Shown in pieces: positions 17,892 to 26,287 of a stretch of 36,097 nt of DNA (positions are counted from its first letter, which is position 1; the number at the start of each line of letters is the position of its first letter). Source of the stretch: a virus (taxonomy: Duplodnaviria; Caudoviricetes); IMG/VR virus record IMGVR_UViG_3300030392_000170, positions 1 to 36,097 of that record, one strand, 5' to 3'. The position numbers and the translations under genes are program-made. A model generated the notes under the pieces. It was given only the letters and a program-made list of their open reading frames with translations, made no database searches and was not told where the DNA came from.

Positions 17892-17895
17892 TAAA

Positions 17896-18897
17896 ATGAA
17901 TAATAAGCAGAGTTGGTATTCAATAAACGCAAAAGACACAGAGCAGTATGCTGATGTTTATTTGTATGATGAGGTTGGAAACTATGGGGTTTCAGCTAAA
18001 GATTTTGTTAATGATTTAAAATTATTAAAAGGTAGGGATATTTACCTACATATTAATTGTGTTGGTGGAGAAGTGTTTGATGGTATGGCTATATACAACA
18101 CACTTAAAAAATATAAAGGTAAGGTTACAGCTTATATAGAGGGAATAGCTGCGAGCATGGGAAGCATTATTCCATTAGCTGCTGATGAGATTATTATGTC
18201 AGAAAATTCTTTATATATGATACATAATGCGTGGGGTGGAGCAATGGGAGAAGCAGATGACATGAGAAAGACAGCTACACTTTTAGATAAGTTAAGTTCT
18301 GAGATAGCTAATATATATACAAAGAAAACAGGTTTGCCATTATCTCAAATTGAGGATATGATGGATGAGGAAACTTGGTTCAATTCAGAAGAAGCTTTAG
18401 AATATGGATTTATTGATAGAATATCAGACGCTGTGATGGTTGCAGCTAAATATGATATTAGTAAATTCAAAAACAAAACTCAAAAGGAAATAGTAAATCA
18501 ATTAAATAATAATAAAAAAAGTAAAACAATGACAGAAGAATTAAAATCATGGTTTGGTAAAAAAGTTGAAGAAATTGTTGCTGCAGTTAAGGGCGATGTT
18601 AAATCAACAGAAGTACCAGAAGTAAATGTTATTTTAGCTGATAATGAGGAAATTTCTAATAAACTTTCTGAATTAGAATCTAAGGTAGTAGAAGTTAATA
18701 CTTTATCAGAAGCTAAAGACAATGAAATTACAGAGTTGAAAGCTGAAGTAGAGAGATTAACAAGTAAGTCTCACGCTAAGGGAACTGAAATTAAAACAGA
18801 ATCAGACCCAGCGGTAGTAAAAGAAGAAGTTTTAGATAGTAATGTAGTATTTTTTAACGCTATTGCAAACTCATTAAAAGAACCTTTTGTTAGGTAA
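17896..18897 (+). CDS. ClpP-type (S14) prohead protease with C-terminal scaffold-like coiled coil
   Basis: HINCVGGEVFDG, GIAASMGS (catalytic Ser), MIHN (His), ETWFNSEEALEYGFID. Confidence 0.92.
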   Translation: MNNKQSWYSINAKDTEQYADVYLYDEVGNYGVSAKDFVNDLKLLKGRDIYLHINCVGGEVFDGMAIYNTLKKYKGKVTAYIEGIAASMGSIIPLAADEIIMSENSLYMIHNAWGGAMGEADDMRKTATLLDKLSSEIANIYTKKTGLPLSQIEDMMDEETWFNSEEALEYGFIDRISDAVMVAAKYDISKFKNKTQKEIVNQLNNNKKSKTMTEELKSWFGKKVEEIVAAVKGDVKSTEVPEVNVILADNEEISNKLSELESKVVEVNTLSEAKDNEITELKAEVERLTSKSHAKGTEIKTESDPAVVKEEVLDSNVVFFNAIANSLKEPFVR

Positions 18898-18928
18898 TAA
18901 TAATATTAATAATTAAAAAAGAAAAAAA

Positions 18929-20014
18929 ATGGCAGATATAGCATTAGCAGGAGCGTTAACCTATGCGGGAAATAACGCATCAAAGTATTTATTAGAGCCT
19001 ATGTTTCATTCTGATGACATTATGCGTAATTACACAATATATCCAAATGTGAAATTTAAGCAATTCATTACAATGGCTCCGTCTCTAAAAAGTATAACAG
19101 CACAAAATTCGGGTTGCGGAACAGCAAACGCTTGTAACCCTGATGGTTTCACAATGGAACAAAAAGCAATAGAAGTTAAACAAGTTTCAGTAAAACAAGA
19201 ACAATGTTGGAATGAGTTTCAAAACTTATACATTGCTGAATCTTACAAAGCAGGATTAAGTATGCCTGATTTAACAGGAACTCAAATCGCAGATGTAATT
19301 CTTGATAGAGTAAGAAATGGTATTCAGTATGATACAGTAAGAAATATGTGGGCAGGAGACCCTTTAGCAGCAGTAGCTGATTGTTCTTACCAATCAATGG
19401 GAGATGGACTATGGCAATTATTATCAGTAGGAAATGCGATTAATTCAGGAACTCAACTGAGAGAAGTATCAGGAGCAGGGGCAGCAGGTCTTTATACTAC
19501 AGTAGGAGCGACATTAGCTCTAACAGATGGACAAACAATATTAAGTGAAGTATGGAATACAGCGCCTGCAGAATTACAACAAACTCCTGCAAGTGAGAAA
19601 AGAATATTTGTTACTCCTAATGTTTATAACGCTTGGTATGCAGACTTAACTCAAGTTGCAGCTACAGGTTCAGTTGATTATGGACATTCAGAAGCTCAAG
19701 CAGGGAAACAAAGATTATACTTTAGAGGTGTAGAGGTTGTTCCTGTATATGAGTGGGACACAGCATTAACCGCATTAACAGGAGGAGATGTGCCTCCATT
19801 GTTTACAGGAGCAACAATAGGTACACAACAAACGAATGGAGCAATATATGCAGCGAAAGATAACTTAATTATCGGTACAAATGTAGCTGACCCTGATAAT
19901 CAGTTAAAAATGTTCTATGATGAGGCTTCGGACAATATGTATGTGAGAGCTAACTTCACAATGGGCTTCCAATACGGTTGGGATTCTTTGGTTAATGGAG
20001 CAATGTTAACATAA
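18929..20014 (+). CDS. Major capsid protein
   Basis: 361 aa immediately after the protease; GCA/ACA-rich codon use distinct from neighbours; size and position fit an HK97-fold capsid. Confidence 0.8.
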   Translation: MADIALAGALTYAGNNASKYLLEPMFHSDDIMRNYTIYPNVKFKQFITMAPSLKSITAQNSGCGTANACNPDGFTMEQKAIEVKQVSVKQEQCWNEFQNLYIAESYKAGLSMPDLTGTQIADVILDRVRNGIQYDTVRNMWAGDPLAAVADCSYQSMGDGLWQLLSVGNAINSGTQLREVSGAGAAGLYTTVGATLALTDGQTILSEVWNTAPAELQQTPASEKRIFVTPNVYNAWYADLTQVAATGSVDYGHSEAQAGKQRLYFRGVEVVPVYEWDTALTALTGGDVPPLFTGATIGTQQTNGAIYAAKDNLIIGTNVADPDNQLKMFYDEASDNMYVRANFTMGFQYGWDSLVNGAMLT

Positions 20015-20041
20015 TTATTAATCAATTAAAAATAAAATAAA

Positions 20042-20656
20042 ATGGCAATAACTAAAGGATTAGCACTAGAATGTGCGGATTTACAAAGAACAGGTGGTAT
20101 AGCGCAGATATTCCTAAGAAATTGGGCAGATGGAGATTTAGTAACTTTTGTAAACACAGCGGCTGCAGCTCATGAAATTTCAAATATAGTAGACTCAGGA
20201 GCTTCAACAGCTGCTTGGCATATGTTTGAATTTACGGATGAAATTCCTACATTAAATGTAACAGCTGCAAAAGAAAATGGCTCAACATCTTTTGAGTGTG
20301 TTTTATCTTTCTATCTACCAAGAATGGGGGATTTAACAAATAGCTCAAAAATGGCTAAATTACAAGAACTATTAGATGGATGTTTAATGGGTATTGTAGT
20401 AGATACTAATGGAGCTAGATGGGTAATTGGAGCAAGTGAGCAATATTCAGTAGGAGGTTCAGCTAACGCTAACATCTATAGAAGTCAGACTTACTTAAAT
20501 CTTACTTCAATGGAGGGTCAGACAGGAGCTGCTTATTCTGAAGAAAATGGAATCACAGTTGTTTTGACAGCTAGACAATTTGAGTTACCTAGATTATATA
20601 CAGGTACTCTTACAGTTGATTTAGACACAGATGATATGACAGCTACAACTAGCTAA
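20042..20656 (+). CDS. Major tail tube protein
   Basis: C...GGI start, IVVDTNGARWVIG, TGAAYSEENGITVVLTARQFELP; followed by a terminator. Confidence 0.75.
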   Translation: MAITKGLALECADLQRTGGIAQIFLRNWADGDLVTFVNTAAAAHEISNIVDSGASTAAWHMFEFTDEIPTLNVTAAKENGSTSFECVLSFYLPRMGDLTNSSKMAKLQELLDGCLMGIVVDTNGARWVIGASEQYSVGGSANANIYRSQTYLNLTSMEGQTGAAYSEENGITVVLTARQFELPRLYTGTLTVDLDTDDMTATTS

Positions 20657-20670
20657 TATTTATAAGAATG

Positions 20671-20708
20671 ATAAAAGGGGGTGTAAAAACCCCCTTGTAT
20701 CTTTTTTG
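20671..20708 (+). terminator. Rho-independent terminator after capsid and tail tube genes
   Basis: AAGGGGGT-GTAAAA-ACCCCCTT hairpin followed by GTATCTTTTTTG. Confidence 0.8.
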
Positions 20709-20713
20709 TTTAT

Positions 20714-21013
20714 ATGTGTGATTGTGAAAATAATGTAGTAGATTTACAGCAATTAAAAATATATACTATTATGGCAAAATATAAACCATTATCAAATAAG
20801 CAAATTAGCGGAGGTGGTAGAATAGTTAAATTAACTTCTGCTTCTCAAGAAGAATTAGCTTTTGTGCACGAAACATTGGGTCTTACAGATTTAGTAGAAA
20901 AAACAGAAAAAACAAAAACTAGAAAATCAGATGCTAAAAAAGTCAGCAAAGTTAAAGAAGAAACCAACGACTCAGAAAAAGAGTCAGGTAACGAAGAAAA
21001 AGACCAAGAGTAA
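20714..21013 (+). CDS. Hypothetical protein with charged C-terminus (start may be the later ATG of MAKYKP)
   Basis: ASQEELAFVHETLG segment; overlaps the portal N-terminus. Confidence 0.6.
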   Translation: MCDCENNVVDLQQLKIYTIMAKYKPLSNKQISGGGRIVKLTSASQEELAFVHETLGLTDLVEKTEKTKTRKSDAKKVSKVKEETNDSEKESGNEEKDQE

Positions 21014-22250
21014 TACTTTTGAGTTTGGTGTATTTGATTTAGTAACCCCTCCTAATGTGTCGGAGCCGCTAAATTTAGATAGAATACATAGTAAATTCAT
21101 TCCTTTTGGTAATGATAATTTATTTCCTCAATATCTAGCGGAGCTTAAAAGAAAATCATCTACCCATAGGTCTGTGTTAGCTCAGAAAGTTGTATTTACA
21201 GCTGGAGCTAAATTCGTTTGTAAAGATGATACGACAAAAGATTTTATTAAAGATGTAAATGCTGATGGAGAATCATTAAGAGATGTATTCAAAAAATTAG
21301 CTGATGACTATTATACATTTGGGAACGCTTATGTAGAAGGAGTTTTATATGGGGGAGGTATAAATCTTTATCATTTAGACGCTACTACAGTCAGAATGTC
21401 TAAAAACAAAAGAGATGTTTATGTTCATCCTGATTGGAGAAACTATAGAAGTCAAGATGAAAAAATACAAAAGATAGCTCTTTATCCTAGAGTAACATCA
21501 AGTAGATTCGTAATGCAATTCAAAGATTATGAGCCTACTTTTACATTTTATGGACTACCTGATTATGTTGCTGGACTAGAGCATATATCTGTAGATTATG
21601 AAATAGGATTATGGAATAATACACAATTCCAAAACGGATTCCAACCTTCAGCTATCGTTGAGATTAATGGAGATATGGGAGAAGAAGAAGCTAAAAAATT
21701 AGTTCAAGAAGCTCAAAAGAAATTTTGTGGACAAGGTAATAATGGTAAGATTATGTTTATCGTTAAAAATGGAGATACAGCAAATGCTAATGTTCAGATA
21801 TTAAAAGATGATAGAGATGGTAGTTGGATGGAGCTTCAACAAATTACAGACCAAAATATAATTACCGCTCATAGATGGCAACCATCTTTAAGTGGTATTG
21901 TAAGTTCTGGTAAGATGAATAATACAGGAAGTGAGATTAGAATATCTTATGATTTGGTTATGACCACTGTTATTAAAGAAACATCTGATTTATTACTAAC
22001 AGGTATTCATAAGTTATTATATCATGAAATGGGTTTTGACCCTAAAAATTTAACGATACATTATGAGCCTCCTGTATCTTATGCTAATGATGTTGATATT
22101 AAACAAGTATTAACTATTAACGAACAGAGAGCTTTATTAGATGAAGATTTTGATATGTTGGAAGATGGAGATATGTTTGTTGCTGATAGAGAGATTATCG
22201 TAACAGAAAGAGATGGAGATGTTAAAGAAACAACTATAGAACAAAATTAA
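20931..22250 (+). CDS. Portal protein
   Basis: IPFGNDNLFPQYL...SSTH, YGLPDY, NGFQPS, IITAHR...LSGI, LTINEQRALL; 439 aa. Confidence 0.88.
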   Translation: MLKKSAKLKKKPTTQKKSQVTKKKTKSNTFEFGVFDLVTPPNVSEPLNLDRIHSKFIPFGNDNLFPQYLAELKRKSSTHRSVLAQKVVFTAGAKFVCKDDTTKDFIKDVNADGESLRDVFKKLADDYYTFGNAYVEGVLYGGGINLYHLDATTVRMSKNKRDVYVHPDWRNYRSQDEKIQKIALYPRVTSSRFVMQFKDYEPTFTFYGLPDYVAGLEHISVDYEIGLWNNTQFQNGFQPSAIVEINGDMGEEEAKKLVQEAQKKFCGQGNNGKIMFIVKNGDTANANVQILKDDRDGSWMELQQITDQNIITAHRWQPSLSGIVSSGKMNNTGSEIRISYDLVMTTVIKETSDLLLTGIHKLLYHEMGFDPKNLTIHYEPPVSYANDVDIKQVLTINEQRALLDEDFDMLEDGDMFVADREIIVTERDGDVKETTIEQN

Positions 22251-22251
22251 T

Positions 22252-22860
22252 ATGGCGAATTTAAGACAATATAAATCACTTATAACAGCAGCTGAAGTAA
22301 TTAGTAAATCTTTTACTAATGCTAATACTGACCCTTATTTAATTAGTGATAATAATTTAATTATTACTGAGTTAGCTCATGTAAAAGATAAATTAGGAGT
22401 TAAGTTTTATGGAGAATTAAAAGAAGAAAATGATGCGGGAACTTTAACAGCTAACAATCAAACATTTTTAACAGACTATCTTTTAGATTGTTTAGCTTGG
22501 TTTACTAGATTTGAAATTATTACGGAGATTCAAATGAATAGTAGCAGTATGGGTGTTGTAAGTAATATAGATGAATTTAGTCATATTGTTACCCCTGATG
22601 AATTAAATGTCTATAAACAAGATACTTATAGAAAAGCAGAAATATTTTTACAAGACGCTATAGAGTATCTTAATGATTCCGACCAAGATGGAATGTTCCC
22701 TACTTATGAATCTAATAAACCTTGTAGTTCGGGCGTATGGAAAAATCATGGTATTATTATGTATGATAGTATATATGATGATTATAGAAACTGTGGATGT
22801 GGAGAATACGGATATATCAATGGATGTGGATGTGATTATTATAAAGGTTATTACTATTAA
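22252..22860 (+). CDS. Head-tail adaptor / head completion protein (putative)
   Basis: Follows portal; VKDKLGVKFYGEL, IEYL...FPTY; CGC-repeat C-terminus. Confidence 0.6.
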   Translation: MANLRQYKSLITAAEVISKSFTNANTDPYLISDNNLIITELAHVKDKLGVKFYGELKEENDAGTLTANNQTFLTDYLLDCLAWFTRFEIITEIQMNSSSMGVVSNIDEFSHIVTPDELNVYKQDTYRKAEIFLQDAIEYLNDSDQDGMFPTYESNKPCSSGVWKNHGIIMYDSIYDDYRNCGCGEYGYINGCGCDYYKGYYY

Positions 22861-22871
22861 AAATTAAAATT

Positions 22872-23393
22872 ATGCCGTGTAAAGAATGTGAAAATAATAA
22901 ATGGAGATGGACAGATGAGGGAGAGTGTAAATATGATTCTCTAGCTGAATGTGAAGAAGATAATAATGGTTATTATGATGAATCTAAATTAAATAGTAAG
23001 GGGTTTTCTCATGCTAAATCTCTTATTGAAGAAGATAAGGTAGATAAAAATAGTGATTGGTCTTTTAGTTCTGAAGATGGTAATGAGTTGTTGGGAGAAG
23101 ATGGAGATGATTGGAAAAATTATGAGAAATGGTTTTTATGTATAGATGAGGAAGCTAGTAAAGAAACAAAAGATAGATATAAGTTTCCTTATGGGAAAAA
23201 TGATAAGGTTTATAGAAAAGGACTAACAGCTATCAGACAAAGAGCAGGTCAATTTGGTTATGATGATGTTTTTGAAGCTGCGGGTAAACTTATAGATATG
23301 ATAGATAAAGAAGAAGAAAATGGAGTTATTAGTGATGAGGTTATGAGTTTAGCTAAGACTCTAAAAGATATTAATAATAAGTATAATAAGTAA
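22872..23393 (+). CDS. Conserved hypothetical acidic protein with N-terminal Cys module
   Basis: MPCKEC...WRW...CKY...C followed by LNSKGFSHAKSLI...YEKWFL...RYKFPYG...AIRQRAGQ. Confidence 0.7.
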   Translation: MPCKECENNKWRWTDEGECKYDSLAECEEDNNGYYDESKLNSKGFSHAKSLIEEDKVDKNSDWSFSSEDGNELLGEDGDDWKNYEKWFLCIDEEASKETKDRYKFPYGKNDKVYRKGLTAIRQRAGQFGYDDVFEAAGKLIDMIDKEEENGVISDEVMSLAKTLKDINNKYNK

Positions 23394-24040
23394 TGGCAAT
23401 TAACGAGCATAAAAATTTAAACGACGCTAACCTTCATGTGCCTAAAGGATTTGAGGCAGCTTCTAATGACTCTATAATGACTAAAAATTCAGGAGGTTCT
23501 TTAGAGTGGTTAACTAAATTAAATATTAAACAAGATATTATTTCATTAAGAGGGTTTATGAATCCAGGCGGTTCTACTAACTATTGGTTTCCATCAGCTA
23601 TGACAGACACTAAAGCTGCTTTTGAATTTGCAGAAGATTATGGAGCGACCAGCATTACTGCAGCTACAGATATAACAGTTAGTAAAGCAATAAGGTCATC
23701 TATGTATGTTGCAGACCAAGATTGTGATTTAGGTGGTATTTATGGATGGGTAAATGGAGATGTAACTGAAACTGTTACATTTGCTTTAGTTAAACTTACT
23801 CCAACAGCCGACACTTCAGATGCTTTTGAGGTAGGAGCCGCTACTAACATTATGACTATCCTAGATGAATATACAGCTTCTACTTATGGAAGTAATAATA
23901 AAATAGGATTGATAGATGAAAACGCTTTCACAGTAACTAGCATTGAGCAGGGGGACTTACTTTTACCTTTGGTTAAGTCAGCGGGAGGAAGTAATGATTT
24001 GTATTTCAATATGTCAATAAAATTACAATTTACAAATTAA
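23393..24040 (+). CDS. Putative virion structural protein
   Basis: N-terminal HKNLNDANLHVPKGF motif; beta-rich, Thr/Ala-rich C-terminal domain. Confidence 0.55.
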   Translation: MAINEHKNLNDANLHVPKGFEAASNDSIMTKNSGGSLEWLTKLNIKQDIISLRGFMNPGGSTNYWFPSAMTDTKAAFEFAEDYGATSITAATDITVSKAIRSSMYVADQDCDLGGIYGWVNGDVTETVTFALVKLTPTADTSDAFEVGAATNIMTILDEYTASTYGSNNKIGLIDENAFTVTSIEQGDLLLPLVKSAGGSNDLYFNMSIKLQFTN

Positions 24041-24071
24041 CAAAAGTGATGATAAATAAAAATAAATAAAA

Positions 24072-24224
24072 ATGCTAACAAAAGACTCAATACAGGTTAT
24101 AGCGGCTAACGGAGGTGCTACCGCTCTAACATTAACAGAATGTAATCAGATATTGACTTTCGTTTCAATATCTTTAGCGATTGTGTTTACAATATATAAG
24201 TTTTACAAATTAAAAAATAAATAA
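24072..24224 (+). CDS. Small membrane protein, 50 aa, holin-like (not in ORF track)
   Basis: MLTKDSIQVIAANGGATALTLTECNQILTFVSISLAIVFTIYKFYKLKNK; TM segment with basic tail; A-rich leader. Confidence 0.7.
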   Translation: MLTKDSIQVIAANGGATALTLTECNQILTFVSISLAIVFTIYKFYKLKNK

Positions 24225-24225
24225 G

Positions 24226-24669
24226 ATGGCAAGTACAGTAACGGCGGCAACGGCGACAATAACAATATCAGAAAGCTTAACATTAAACGGAACAGCTTAT
24301 GGTAATAGTATAAGCAAAACCTTTGCTAGTCAAGGAGAGGTTATTCAAAGAATAATGAGTATAGGCACATCTTTTCCTGATATTCTATATACTTCTACTG
24401 TAGATGGTAGAGGTCAGATAGTAGCTGCAGATTGGTGCTATTTTAGAATAACAAATTTAGATGATACTAATTATGTAACTCTTAGATTATATAATGATAC
24501 GGACTCTCAATTCTTTAAGTTAGAAGCTGGAGAATCATTTTTCTTAATGAGTCCTGATATTGATATAGATGTGGGGACAACATTTAATGCTTTTGCAGAT
24601 ATAACTCAAATAGCAGCAGATGCAGATACCGCAGCTTGTGATGTTGAGTTCTTAATGGTAACAGCTTAA
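24226..24669 (+). CDS. Putative virion structural protein
   Basis: 147 aa, Thr/Ala-rich, YFRITNLDDTNYVTL, ADTAACDVE. Confidence 0.6.
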   Translation: MASTVTAATATITISESLTLNGTAYGNSISKTFASQGEVIQRIMSIGTSFPDILYTSTVDGRGQIVAADWCYFRITNLDDTNYVTLRLYNDTDSQFFKLEAGESFFLMSPDIDIDVGTTFNAFADITQIAADADTAACDVEFLMVTA

Positions 24670-24671
24670 TA

Positions 24672-24797
24672 GTGGCTAAGAAAGCAGGATTTGTCTTTAG
24701 GAAAGAAAATAATAAGAAGCGTAAGGGGGTTCATAGTAAGAATGCTTCTAGGGGACAAAATGGATATAAAAAAAAGTATAGAGGTCAAGGAAGATAA
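24672..24797 (+). CDS. Small highly basic peptide, 41 aa, ending YRGQGR (not in ORF track)
   Basis: GTG start; MAKKAGFVFRKENNKKRKGVHSKNASRGQNGYKKKYRGQGR; fills the gap to the ATG at 24799. Confidence 0.75.
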   Translation: MAKKAGFVFRKENNKKRKGVHSKNASRGQNGYKKKYRGQGR

Positions 24798-24798
24798 T

Positions 24799-25269
24799 AT
24801 GAAATTAAGAGTAGTAAGATTTAGTAGTGAAGAAGATTCTACAAATGGACTTTTGTTTGATGTAACAGATGGAGTAAAGTTTTTGTGTTATACTTTGGAA
24901 GATGAGTATAGAACAATGGAGGATAAGATAGTAACAGAAACTAGAATACTAGAAGGCACATACAGAATAACATTAAGAACAGTTGGAGGAATACATGAGA
25001 AATATAAAAATAGGTTTTCAGAGATACATAAGGGAACTTTGTGGGTCAGAGATGTTCCGAATTTTGGTTGCATCCTTATACATTGTGGTAATACTGATGA
25101 GCACACTGCTGGTTGTTTGCTTGTTGGAGATACTCAAGTTAATAATCAAATTGAAAAAGATGGTTATATAGGAAAATCAACTCAGGCTTACACAAGAATA
25201 TACCCTCCTATAGCGAAAGCTTTAGAGGATGGTAAAGAAGTAACAATAGAGTATATTAATTTAAAATAA
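24799..25269 (+). CDS. Putative endolysin, DUF5675-like L,D-peptidase
   Basis: True start MKLRVVRF; STNGLL, CYTLED, GTY, ILIHCGNTDEHTAGCLLVG His/Cys motif. Confidence 0.8.
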   Translation: MKLRVVRFSSEEDSTNGLLFDVTDGVKFLCYTLEDEYRTMEDKIVTETRILEGTYRITLRTVGGIHEKYKNRFSEIHKGTLWVRDVPNFGCILIHCGNTDEHTAGCLLVGDTQVNNQIEKDGYIGKSTQAYTRIYPPIAKALEDGKEVTIEYINLK

Positions 25270-25277
25270 AAAATAAA

Positions 25278-25667
25278 ATGAAAAAAGTAATATTAACATT
25301 AGCAGTAGTTTTTACAACATTAGTATCATCAGCTCAATTTATGGTAGTTAGTGATATATCTCAACCTTCAGATGATGAGAGTTGGGGAGTAGGTAATTTT
25401 ACTAATAGTATAGGTGTTGGTTATCAAGTAGATGATAATTTAACGGTGGGATTAAGAAAAAGTGGAGATGATGAATATGATGTGTTTGGTAGATACAATA
25501 TAAGTGGAGGTCTTTTTATCTCAGCTCAATCTTCAACAGAGGAGTTTGATTTAGATAGTATGGATTTAAGTATAGGTTATTCTCTTAAAGTATGGGAAAA
25601 TGTCTATGTAGAGCCAACTTATAATAAAGATGGAGAATTTAAGGTAGGAGCGGCTGTCCGTTTCTAA
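25278..25667 (+). CDS. Small outer-membrane beta-barrel protein with signal peptide
   Basis: MKKVILTLAVVFTTLVSSA/Q signal peptide; alternating strands (IGVGYQV, VFGRYNI, LSIGYSL, VYVEPTY); terminal beta-signal VGAAVRF. Confidence 0.8.
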   Translation: MKKVILTLAVVFTTLVSSAQFMVVSDISQPSDDESWGVGNFTNSIGVGYQVDDNLTVGLRKSGDDEYDVFGRYNISGGLFISAQSSTEEFDLDSMDLSIGYSLKVWENVYVEPTYNKDGEFKVGAAVRF

Positions 25668-25693
25668 ATATTAATAATTAAAAAATAAAAAAA

Positions 25694-25870
25694 ATGGAAA
25701 TTTTAAAGAAAATGTTTAATTCAAAGAAATTTTGGTACACTGTATCTGCAATTTTTATTCCTATTTTATCTGTTAAATTAGGGCTAACTGAGGGAGAAGT
25801 GGAAAAAGTTTATTATGCAATTCTTGCTCTTATTTTAGGTCAGGGAATAGCGGATATCAACAAGAAGTAA
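25694..25870 (+). CDS. Holin-like protein, 58 aa, two TM segments (not in ORF track)
   Basis: MEILKKMFNSKKFWYTVSAIFIPILSVKLGLTEGEVEKVYYAILALILGQGIADINKK; strong A-rich leader. Confidence 0.75.
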   Translation: MEILKKMFNSKKFWYTVSAIFIPILSVKLGLTEGEVEKVYYAILALILGQGIADINKK

Positions 25871-25871
25871 T

Positions 25872-26150
25872 ATGTTTAAGAAATGGATAGGCTCTGCTAT
25901 AGCGGACAACGCAATCAAGCCAATTACTGAATTAGTAAAATCTGTATTAGAACTTTTCAAAGATACTAAAGGTAAGTGGTCTAGTAAAAGAACGGTATCT
26001 GGTGTTGTTGTATTAGCTGCTGCAGCTGATATAACTACTCATGGTATAACAACAAATAATTTAATACTAACAGGGATAGGTGTTTTACCTTTGGTTTTTT
26101 CAGCATTTGAAAAGAATCCTGTTTGTGATAAAGATTGTTGTAAAAAATAG
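25872..26150 (+). CDS. Membrane protein, holin-like
   Basis: LFKDTKGKWSSKR followed by two hydrophobic segments and a Cys/Lys tail. Confidence 0.65.
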   Translation: MFKKWIGSAIADNAIKPITELVKSVLELFKDTKGKWSSKRTVSGVVVLAAAADITTHGITTNNLILTGIGVLPLVFSAFEKNPVCDKDCCKK

Positions 26151-26151
26151 T

Positions 26152-26159
26152 TATCTTTG
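26152..26159 (+). promoter_or_regulatory. Bacteroidetes -7 promoter box driving the candidate sRNA
   Basis: TATCTTTG; no well-spaced -33 TTTG seen. Confidence 0.5.
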
Positions 26160-26164
26160 CTGAT

Positions 26165-26253
26165 AACTACACGCTCCCATTAGGGAGTATTTCTATGTTT
26201 TCAAGTAGTTTTTTTGGGTTATAAAAGGGGGGTAGTTCCCCCTTTTATGTTTT
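26165..26253 (+). ncRNA. Candidate small regulatory RNA antisense to early/middle gene leaders
   Basis: Bounded by a -7 box and a terminator; 5' hairpin GCTCCC-ATTA-GGGAGT; central TAGTTTTTTTGGGTTAT pairs with ATAACCTAAAAAAACTA. Confidence 0.5.
26221..26253 (+). terminator. Rho-independent terminator, potentially bidirectional
   Basis: ATAAAAGGGGGG-TAGT-TCCCCCTTTTAT followed by GTTTT. Confidence 0.85.
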
Positions 26254-26269
26254 ATTAAATTTTTTTTTA

Positions 26270-26277
26270 TATATTTG
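26270..26277 (+). promoter_or_regulatory. -7 promoter box upstream of the phosphoesterase
   Basis: TATATTTG, 10 nt before ATG 26288. Confidence 0.55.
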
Positions 26278-26287
26278 TAAAAAAACT

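Noticed and set aside
24691-24798. N-terminal extension of the endolysin from TTG 24691
   Set aside because: The region is better explained by the 41-aa YRGQGR ORF; the domain begins at ATG 24799
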